A stretch of DNA of 64,000 nt from Candidatus Multivorans sp. GTDB taxonomy: Bacteria > Acidobacteriota > Thermoanaerobaculia > Multivoradales > Multivoraceae. The notes below the pieces were generated by a model. The model worked only from the letters and a program-made list of their open reading frames with translations. It had not been told where the DNA came from and ran no database searches. The position numbers and the translations under genes are program-made. Location: the NCBI GenBank assembly GCA_965238135.1, contig OZ250177.1, positions 3,408,236 through 3,472,235 on the forward strand, in the 5' to 3' direction. Positions 17,506 through 24,897 of this stretch are shown here, piece after piece; position 1 is the stretch's first letter; each line of letters opens with the position of its first letter.

Positions 17506-18273
17506 GTGCGCGGCAGAACGATCCGCTCCTGGGACCCCGGCTGGCGCGATCCGCGCGCCCATCAGAGCCTGGGTACCGTCCTGGTTCGCCGCGGCAATCC
17601 GCAGGCGGCCCTGGAGCACTTCGGCGCCGCCGTCGCGCTGGAGCCGGAGAATGCCCGCGCGCACTCGGACCTCGGCGTCCTGCTGGGAGAGCTCGGGCAG
17701 AACGACCGCGCCCTGGAACATCTGGGCCGCGCGGTTGAACTCGACCAGGGGCTGGTGCAGGCACTGCTGAGTCTCGGCAACGTCCAGGCGCGCATCGGTC
17801 GCCTTGAAGAGGCCGAGGCGACCTACCGGCAGGTGGTGGAGCAGGATGCCGGGAACGCAGATGCCCGGCTTGGACTGGGGGCCGTGCTGGCGCAGACCGG
17901 GAACTTCGACCAGGCCGTCGTCGAGTTGCAGGAAGCGCTGCGGCACGAGCCGGGCGACGAGCGGGCCTCCCGCATCCACTTCGGCCTCGCCGAAGCCCTG
18001 GTGCGCACCGGCCAGCTCAAGGAAGCCCTACCGCACTACACCCGCGTCCGCGAAATCGAACCCGTCCAGGGCCTCGCCTGGCTGCGCGAGGCGACCGTGC
18101 TGATGGGCCTCGGCCGCTTCGAGGAAGCAATCGACATCCAGGGCACCCTGGTCCAGGAAGCGCGGCGGCTGGAGCGCGGCGGCGAGGAGAGGCGTCTGGC
18201 CCGGAACCTGGAGCGGTACGAGCGCGGCGAGGCGTGCTGTGCGCGGGTGGCGGATGCGTTTCCGCCGTACTGA
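17506..18273 (+). CDS. TPR-repeat protein
   Basis: Consecutive 34-aa TPR units are visible (ALEHFGAAVALEPENARAHSDLGVLL..., AEATYRQVVEQDAGNADARLGLGAVL...). The repeats begin almost at the GTG start, so the protein may be N-terminally truncated. Confidence 0.6.
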   Translation: MRGRTIRSWDPGWRDPRAHQSLGTVLVRRGNPQAALEHFGAAVALEPENARAHSDLGVLLGELGQNDRALEHLGRAVELDQGLVQALLSLGNVQARIGRLEEAEATYRQVVEQDAGNADARLGLGAVLAQTGNFDQAVVELQEALRHEPGDERASRIHFGLAEALVRTGQLKEALPHYTRVREIEPVQGLAWLREATVLMGLGRFEEAIDIQGTLVQEARRLERGGEERRLARNLERYERGEACCARVADAFPPY

Positions 18274-18288
18274 CCAGATGCTGCGTGC

Positions 18289-18699
18289 CTAGGCGGATCT
18301 GAGGCCGGTATCGACGAACTCTCGTGGGGATACGACGCGAACGTTCTGCCTGGCGCCGGCTGGGAAGTGTCTGACGTTTCCGGTGACCAGATAGTCGGCC
18401 AGGGCGGCTGCCGCCACTTCCAGGAAGGGCTCGTCGTGGGGATCGGGAAGCCTGGCCGGCAAGGGCATTGGAGAGGTCAGTTCGCCATTGGCTTTGACTT
18501 GTAGAAGGAGCGCGCTGATGTCCTCTTCAGCGAGAGAGAATCTGGGTCGGCGCAGTACCTCGGCGTACTCGGCGAGGATTCGCGCGTCGTAGCAGAGGCT
18601 GAGTCCGCCAGCCGCGATCAGCCCGACGATGGTGCCCGGTGGCCCGAAGGGCGAAAGCAAGCCGGAAACGAGGACGTTGGTGTCGACGACGATTCTCAT
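18289..18699 (-). CDS. PIN-family toxin (TIGR00305-like)
   Basis: MRIVVDTNVLVSGLLSPFGPPG...YLVTGNVRHF is the typical pattern. The start overlaps the antitoxin stop in an ATGA at 18696-18699. Confidence 0.8.
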   Translation of the reverse strand: MRIVVDTNVLVSGLLSPFGPPGTIVGLIAAGGLSLCYDARILAEYAEVLRRPRFSLAEEDISALLLQVKANGELTSPMPLPARLPDPHDEPFLEVAAAALADYLVTGNVRHFPAGARQNVRVVSPREFVDTGLRSA

Positions 18700-18983
18700 G
18701 CGCGGCGTTGGCGCCGCGCTTCGTTGATCTCAGCGTTCACTTCGTCGAGGCTCCACTGATCAAGGCCCCCCTCACGTGCTCGGCGCTGCATATTGAGCAC
18801 AGCCAATTGTGCTCGGGCTTGCCGAAGCGCCGTCAGCGTTGCGTCAAGGGTCGACGCAGTCGCGGCAGAAAGAACGGCGACCGGCTTGCCGTTAGAAGTG
18901 ACCACGAGGTCCTTCGCTTCCCCCAGTGATTCCCAGACTGCTGCGGAGCGAGTGCGTAAGTCACGGATGCTGACGAAGTCCAT
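18696..18983 (-). CDS. Phd/YefM-like antitoxin
   Basis: MDFVSIRDLRTRSAAVWESLGEAKDLVVTSNGKPVAVL is a Phd/YefM-type N-terminus. The gene is coupled to the PIN gene downstream. Confidence 0.7.
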   Translation of the reverse strand: MDFVSIRDLRTRSAAVWESLGEAKDLVVTSNGKPVAVLSAATASTLDATLTALRQARAQLAVLNMQRRAREGGLDQWSLDEVNAEINEARRQRRA

Positions 18984-19143
18984 GGGTGTAACCCTCAAGA
19001 TTCACAATCGAGTACACGACGGTGACACGATTGTGTCTTCTCGTCAAGACCGTGGTCCGATCACCTCCCCCTCGCCCTGGACCAGCGTCTGATACTCGCT
19101 TGGCCGCACATCCGTCCACCGCTCCGCCGTGCCGTCGGGCCTG

Positions 19144-19829
19144 CTCCAGGTGTCCGAGCACGAGGTCGGGATTGCCGTCGCCATCGAAGTCGCCTGCGTC
19201 CACGCCCATACCGGCCTCGGGTTGGCCCTCCCGGTTGACGGCGACGCCGGCGAGCAGGGCGTTGTAGGCGAAGGTGCCGTCGCCGCGGTTGCGGAACAGG
19301 CTGTCGGCGCCGAAATTGGTGACGTAGAGGTCCGTCCAGCCGTCGTTGTCGAAGTCGAACAGGGCCGCTCCGCCGCCCATCATCTCGTTGAAGTAGTGCT
19401 CGCCGGACATGCCGTTGAAGTAGACGAAGTCGAGGCCGGCGGCGGGGGCGGCGTCGATGAAGATGGGTGGGTGCGGGGCGGGGGTGGGGTCGGTGTTCCC
19501 GCCGCAAGCGGCGAGGAGGAAGTCTCGATCGACTTCGACAGCGCCTCGCTTGCTCCGTAGCGGTCGCCGAGCCCTTCAAGCAGCCTGCCGAGGTTGAACT
19601 GGACCCGGTAGCTCTGCGGGTGGTAGTCGAGTTCCTTGCAGTAGTAGTCGACCGCGGCTCGCGCGTCGCCGCGCTGCTCGGCGAGCAGGGCGAGGTTGTA
19701 GTGCGCCAGCCGCACGTCGGGCTGGATGGTCAGGGCCTCGTTGAACAGCCGTTCGGCGGCCGCGAGGTCGGAACGCAGGAGCGCCACGGCGCCCTGGCCC
19801 ACCACGGCCGCGCCCATATCGGGTGACAA
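19144..19829 (-). pseudogene. TPR + FG-GAP (CRTAC1-like) gene remnant, frameshifted and 3'-truncated
   Basis: The TPR frame (NEALTIQPDVRLAHYNLALLAEQRGDARAAVDYY...) runs to about 19524. The FG-GAP frame (FIDAAPAAGLDFVYFNGMSGEHYFNEMMGGGAALFDFDNDGWTDLYV...DAGDFDGDGNPDLVL) is in another phase. It loses similarity at about 19144, next to the toxin-antitoxin pair. Confidence 0.5.
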
Positions 19830-19956
19830 CGTACTTCGTGACCTCGTAGAAGCGCTCCTGGTAGAGGGCGACGTGGTCCGTCTCGGCGCCGTCGACGACT
19901 CCCTGTTCCAGGGCCGAGTAGAGCTCGCCGAAAGACATCGGCGTCGCCTGCGACCA
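19822..19956 (-). pseudogene. DctP-type TRAP solute-binding protein fragment (about 45 aa)
   Basis: ATPMSFGELYSALEQGVVDGAETDHVALYQERFYEVTKYV matches the conserved mid-region of DctP-family receptors. It is bounded by a stop upstream and by the TPR fragment downstream. Coordinates are approximate. Confidence 0.45.
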
Positions 19957-20016
19957 CCATCACTCTGTCTTCGCTCATCAACTCTCCTCCTGACAACTAA
20001 CTCCTACAGTCATGCA

Positions 20017-21081
20017 CTAGTGCCCGCCCCAGATGTCGCCGACGACAAACCCGTTGGGGAACGGGTCCTCCGGGTCGAGGACGTACTGGGCGAAGCCGGT
20101 AATCCATGCCGTCCCCGCCAGGGTCGGCACCGCGGCGGCGTAGTCGCCGACCCGCGTCTCCCGAATCATGCGGCCCGTGAACGTCGTGCCGAGAATCCCC
20201 TCGTGGACGAAGTCCTGGCCGAGCGGCAGCTCGCCCTTGGCCCACATCGCCGCCATCTTCGCGCAGGTGCCGGTACCGCAAGGTGAGCGGTCAAGCGCCC
20301 CGGTCCAGGTCAGCGGCTTGTCCCAGTCGAGCTTGCCGGTCGACACGATGACCGTGTTGCGCCGGTGCGAGCCGGGCACAAGCGGCGGCGCGGAGAGCTG
20401 GCCGATCGTGACGCCGCGGATCTCGGGGTTCAGCGGGTGGACGGGCGCGGGAAGCTGCTCCTGGCAGGCGGCCTTGATCATCTCGCCGACCCGGGCGGCG
20501 TCGGCGGCTTCTTCGGGCGCCAGGGTGAGGCCGACCTGATCCGCGTCGGCGATGACGTAGAACATGCCGCCGTAGGCGACATCGACCGTGACCTTGCCGA
20601 GTTCGGGCACTTCGAGTTCGGCGTCGAGATGGACGGCGAAGGCCGGCACGTTCTTGAACTCGACCCGCTTCACCTTGCCCCGCTCGACCTCGGCGCGCAC
20701 TTGGATCAGGCCGGCGGGCGACTCCAGCGTGAGTTCGGTGAGCGGCTCCGTCGACGCCACCATCCCGGTCTCGATCAGCACGGTAACCACGGCGATCGTG
20801 TTCGTGCCCGACATGCCGGGGTACTCGACCTGCTCCATGATCACGTAGCCGGCGACCGCATCGGGATGGGTGGCCGGGAGGATCAGGTTGCAGTTCGCCG
20901 CCGGATAGCCGCGGGGCTCGCGCAGCATGCGCAGCCGGAGTTCGTCGGCTTCCGTCTCGAGGTAGCGCATCTTCTCGAACATCGTCGACCCGGGGACGTC
21001 GAGGACGCCGCCGACGATCACCCGGCCCGGCTCGCCGCAGACGTGGGTGTCCACGGCGTGGATTACGTTGGAGACGCGCAC
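20017..21081 (-). CDS. proline racemase-family enzyme (hydroxyproline epimerase/dehydratase type)
   Basis: IHAVDTHVCGEPGRVIVGG is the family N-terminus and DRSPCGTGTCA is the second catalytic loop. The first catalytic position reads GMSGTN, with Ser where canonical racemases have Cys. Confidence 0.85.
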   Translation of the reverse strand: MRVSNVIHAVDTHVCGEPGRVIVGGVLDVPGSTMFEKMRYLETEADELRLRMLREPRGYPAANCNLILPATHPDAVAGYVIMEQVEYPGMSGTNTIAVVTVLIETGMVASTEPLTELTLESPAGLIQVRAEVERGKVKRVEFKNVPAFAVHLDAELEVPELGKVTVDVAYGGMFYVIADADQVGLTLAPEEAADAARVGEMIKAACQEQLPAPVHPLNPEIRGVTIGQLSAPPLVPGSHRRNTVIVSTGKLDWDKPLTWTGALDRSPCGTGTCAKMAAMWAKGELPLGQDFVHEGILGTTFTGRMIRETRVGDYAAAVPTLAGTAWITGFAQYVLDPEDPFPNGFVVGDIWGGH

Positions 21082-21146
21082 GCGGATTCAGCCTACGGCA
21101 GAGGCAACGGCATCAAGGTCAATCGCGTTGGAGACGCGCATCGGAT

Positions 21147-21975
21147 CTAACTCCCGGCTGGTGGAAGAACCGTCATTTTCATCCAGTCCGCCGTGTTGTG
21201 AAAGTCCGCCCGGGAGTTCTCCGGGTAGTCCGAGTCGCTCAGGTAGCGGCCGGCGAGCACGCCCATCGCCATCGGCGCCCAGGTAATCACGCCCAGGCCG
21301 AGGCGCTGGCACATCGGAATCAGCTCGTTCTCGATCCGGCGGTCGAGCAGGTTGTAGGGCGGTTGCTCGCTGACGAAGCGGGCGTAGCCCTTCAGTTCGC
21401 TCGTCATCACGGCCTCGGCGACCATCCAGGCCGGGTGGGTCGAGCAGCCGATGGACAGGATCTTGCCGGCCCGCACCAGGTCGTCCACGACCAGCCGGTC
21501 GTAGACGTCCATGTTCGTGTGGACGTCGCGTTGAAGAACTCGAGGTCGTCCTGGATGAACTGGAAGCCCTGCAGTCCCGTTTCGAGAAAGGCCATGTGGT
21601 CCGTGCAACAGGTGTTGCCGGGCACGATCCAGGACATCCCCACATCCTGGAAGGGCGCCATCCAGGCCTCCCGCGCAGCGCCTCCAGATCGTCCCGGGTC
21701 TCGATGCCGCCGAGGTCGATCGCGGCGACCGGCCCAGTGACCGTCCCCTCCGCGTACCGGGGACCGTAGACGTCGGTCAGAACCCGGGCGAACTCCATGA
21801 CCTGGGACCGCTGGAATCCCTCGTCGCGAAGGCTGGCGACGACTTCCGCATCGACCGTCTCGCTTAGGGCGGACGACCTGACGGCGCTCTCTTCGCCGGC
21901 CGGGCGCCCGCACGCGGCGAGCATCGCAACGAGCGCGACGAGTGCCGGCATCCGGGTGACACCGCGAGCGATCAT
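21147..21975 (-). pseudogene. mosaic remnant: M28 peptidase fragments fused to an aldo/keto reductase fragment
   Basis: The M28 pieces are a lipoprotein N-terminus with LTDVYGPRY and the block [23 protein letters not shown]...[15 protein letters not shown], spread over several frames. This joins in frame to the AKR block [20 protein letters not shown]...[14 protein letters not shown], a paralogue of 8670-9716. The AKR part has an internal deletion between SRAD and FHNT. Confidence 0.6.
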
Positions 21976-22000
21976 CAGGAGCCCGGCACTATACAGCCGT

Positions 22001-22034
22001 CCTGGGCACCCGGGCGTCTCGCCCGCATCCGGCG
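22001..22034 (+). repeat. REP-like hairpin repeat, copy 2
   Basis: cctgggcacccgggcgtctcgcccgcatccggcg matches copy 3 at 32 of 34 positions. Confidence 0.7.
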
Positions 22035-22340
22035 GCGACTACACTGCCGCAGTGTCGGCCATCGGCATCGCCGTCGTCCTGTTCATCGCCGGAACCTGGT
22101 TCGCCAGGCCCCTGCACCGGATGCGCCTTCACTTCGCGGTTGCGGACGCCTATCGCGGCCTCGACACCCTGCTGGCGCCGGTTGTCGGCCTGGTCGCCAT
22201 GGTCGCGGTGTCGTTGCTCACGCTAACGACACATCGACCAAGGCACGACGAGTTGAAGCGGGTTCCATCCGAACGTGACCTGGTGGCAGGGCTGGACAGT
22301 GCCTAGGAGTCCGCGAGGCGGAACGATGGGCCACTCTGGA

Positions 22341-22374
22341 CCTGGGAACGCGGGCGTCTCGCCCGCATCCGGCG
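22341..22374 (+). repeat. REP-like hairpin repeat, copy 3
   Basis: cctgggaacgcgggcgtctcgcccgcatccggcg has the same orientation as copies 1 and 2. Confidence 0.75.
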
Positions 22375-22673
22375 CTAGCAGTACCTTCAGCGAACAGGTT
22401 CGGCGCCTGGAGCGCCTGCTCCGACGCGAGCTCGAGGCGGAGGGCCTCAAGGTCGAGGAAGCTGTCGAGAAGGGCGAACGGGTGCTGGTCATCGGCGAAA
22501 TGAGGATCTTCCCCCGGCGTCTTCTCGAAGGCCAACTCACGGCAGCCGATACAAGCGACCCCGACACCGTCGACCTCGACTGGCTCGCCGCCGCCCACCG
22601 CAGTTACTTCCGCAACCTGCGCCGGTTCCATCCCAGTCTGGTCATCCGCTAGCCGGCGTACACTTGGCGGCCG

Positions 22674-23723
22674 ATGGGGAACGCCTTGGCTCTGGGCCGT
22701 CGATCGATCCTGCTAGCGCTCGCGGCGGCCGCGGCCGCGGCGGGCTGCGGCGGTGACGGCCGGACGTCCGTGGTCGTCTACTCGCCGCACGGCCGGGATC
22801 TTCTGACCGTCGTCGAGCAGGCGTACGAAGAGGCTCGGCCCGACGTGGATGTCCGTTGGCTCGACATGGGTTCGCAGGAGGTCTACGACCGCATCCGCTC
22901 GGAGCGTGCGAACCCGCAGGCGGACGTGTGGTTCGGCGGCCCGGCGACGATCCTGGCCCGGGGCGCGGCGGAGGGCCTGCTGGCGCCGTCCGAGCCCTCG
23001 TGGGCCGGTGTCCTGGAAGCCGCCGACCGGCACCCGGAAGGTCTCTACTTCACGCTCTACCAGACGCCGACGATCATCGTCTACAACCGCGACGCGATCA
23101 GCGCCGAGGAGGCGCCGGCCGACTGGGACGATCTACTGGACGAGCGCTGGCACGACGAGATCGTGATCCGCGACCCGCTCGCCAGCGGCACGATGCGGAC
23201 GATCTTCGGCAAGATTCTGGCCGACTCGGTGGTCGAGACCGGCAGCACGGAAGCCGGCTTCGACTGGTTGCGACGGCTCGACGGACAGACCCGGGAGTAC
23301 GTGCACAGTCCGGCGGTGCTGCACGAGAAGCTGACCCGGCAGGAGGGCCTGCTCACGCTCTGGGAGATGACGGACACGCTGTCCCTGATCGACCGGGGCG
23401 CGCCCGTGGCGTACCGGTTCCCGGAGAGCGGCACGGCCGTGATCCAGGACTCGGTGGGCATCGTCGCGGGCGCCCGCCACCCGGACGCGGCGGCGGCCTT
23501 CGTCGACTGGTTGGGCTCGCCCGAAGCCCTGGGTCTGGCGGTGCGCGAGGCGTTCCGCCTGCCGGCCCGGGGCGACCTGGATGCCGAAGAACTCGCGCCG
23601 TGGGTGGCGGACGTGCAGTCGCGGCTGCGCCGGGCCGAGGTCGACTGGCAGATGATCGAGGAGAACGGCAGCGAGTGGATGGCGCAGTGGGACCGGGCCG
23701 TTCGCGGCCAGGGCGGAGGATGA
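22674..23723 (+). CDS. ABC transporter periplasmic substrate-binding lipoprotein (Fe(III)/family-1 solute-binding type)
   Basis: LLALAAAAAAAGCGG is a lipobox. VVVYSPHGRDLL...VRWLDMGSQEVYDRIRSE...ADVWFGG follows the FbpA/AfuA-like pattern. It is the first gene of a binding protein/ATPase/permease operon. Confidence 0.8.
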   Translation: MGNALALGRRSILLALAAAAAAAGCGGDGRTSVVVYSPHGRDLLTVVEQAYEEARPDVDVRWLDMGSQEVYDRIRSERANPQADVWFGGPATILARGAAEGLLAPSEPSWAGVLEAADRHPEGLYFTLYQTPTIIVYNRDAISAEEAPADWDDLLDERWHDEIVIRDPLASGTMRTIFGKILADSVVETGSTEAGFDWLRRLDGQTREYVHSPAVLHEKLTRQEGLLTLWEMTDTLSLIDRGAPVAYRFPESGTAVIQDSVGIVAGARHPDAAAAFVDWLGSPEALGLAVREAFRLPARGDLDAEELAPWVADVQSRLRRAEVDWQMIEENGSEWMAQWDRAVRGQGGG

Positions 23724-24853
23724 CCGCGGCCGGAGTCTCCGTCCGGTTCGACGACGTCTTCAAGTCGTTCGACGACACGGTCGTCCTCGCCGGCGTCTCG
23801 CTCACCGTTGAACCGGGTGAGATCTTCGCCCTGCTGGGGCCGAGCGGCAGCGGCAAGACGACCATGCTGCGGCTGCTGGCGGGCTTCGAGCAGCTCGACC
23901 GCGGCCGCCTGCTGATCGCGGACGAGGCGGTCGAGCACCTGCCGCCCGCCCGCCGCGGCGTCGGCATGTTGTTCCAGAGCTACGCGCTCTTCCCGCATCT
24001 GAGCGTGGCGGAGAACGTGGCCTTCGGTCTCAAGGTCCGCGGCGGCGGGCAGGGCGAGGTGCAGGGGCGCGTGGCCGAGATGCTCGAGCTCGTGCGCCTC
24101 GGCGGTTTCGAGTCGCGTCGGATCGCGGAACTCTCGGGCGGCCAGCAGCAGCGGGTCGCTCTGGCCCGGGCGCTGGCGCCGCGGCCGCGGGTGCTGCTGC
24201 TGGACGAGCCGCTGTCGAACCTCGATCCGGCGCTGCGTGAGGAGACCCGCGCCGATCTGCGCCGTGCGGTCAAGCAGACCGGCATCACGACGGTGCTGGT
24301 CACCCACGAACAGGAGGAGGCGTTCGAGCTCGGCGAACGGATCGGGGTTCTCAACGGCGGCCGCCTGGAGCAGGTCGCGGCGCCCGCCGAGCTGTACCAG
24401 GATCCGGCTTCGCGCTTTGTGGCGACGTTCGTCGGCCGCTGCTCCGTGCTGCCGGGGGTGGTCGAAGCCGAGGGCGACGGCGGCGCGCTCGACGTTCGGA
24501 TCGAATCGCAGGGGGCGCCGCAGGTCTGGCGTTGCCGGGGCGGCGACGGGATCGCGGCCGGCGACCGGGTCGATGTCTGCGTTCGCCCGGAATCCCTGGA
24601 GCTGGCGCCGGGCGCGGGCGCCGGGCTGGCGGGCGAGATCGAGGTGGAGCGCTACACCGGCAGCAACAGCTTCTACACGGTTCGGTTGACCACTCCCTCG
24701 GGCGGGTCCGGAGCTGGTCAGGTCACCGTCGAGGTGGCGATGCCCGGTACCGCGGCCGGTCTGACCGGCGCCTGCGTGGTGCGACCGCTTCCGGAGGAGC
24801 CGCCGTGCGTTTTCGCGGCCGGGGCAGCCGGGGCAACCGGGGCCGAACCTTGA
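23720..24853 (+). CDS. ABC transporter ATP-binding protein (FbpC/PotA-like)
   Basis: Walker A is GPSGSGKTT, the signature is LSGGQQQRVALARAL and Walker B is LLLDEPLSNLD. The ATG overlaps the upstream stop in an ATGA at 23720-23723. The N-terminal part of the listed long ORF is spurious. Confidence 0.9.
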   Translation: MTAAGVSVRFDDVFKSFDDTVVLAGVSLTVEPGEIFALLGPSGSGKTTMLRLLAGFEQLDRGRLLIADEAVEHLPPARRGVGMLFQSYALFPHLSVAENVAFGLKVRGGGQGEVQGRVAEMLELVRLGGFESRRIAELSGGQQQRVALARALAPRPRVLLLDEPLSNLDPALREETRADLRRAVKQTGITTVLVTHEQEEAFELGERIGVLNGGRLEQVAAPAELYQDPASRFVATFVGRCSVLPGVVEAEGDGGALDVRIESQGAPQVWRCRGGDGIAAGDRVDVCVRPESLELAPGAGAGLAGEIEVERYTGSNSFYTVRLTTPSGGSGAGQVTVEVAMPGTAAGLTGACVVRPLPEEPPCVFAAGAAGATGAEP

Positions 24854-24897
24854 ACTCGGCCAGTCGCGGCCGCGGCTCGTTGCAGCTCCGGTCGCTG

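Noticed and set aside
22275-22652. An ORF after REP copy 3 encoding ...FSEQVRRLERLLRRELEAEGLKVEEAVEKGERVLVIGEMRIFPRRLLEGQL...HPSLVIR, considered as a small gene.
   Set aside because: Its listed start lies upstream of and reads through the REP repeat. Internal starts (GTG or ATG near 22480-22500) would leave under 60 aa. I recognise no family. It may be another fragment.
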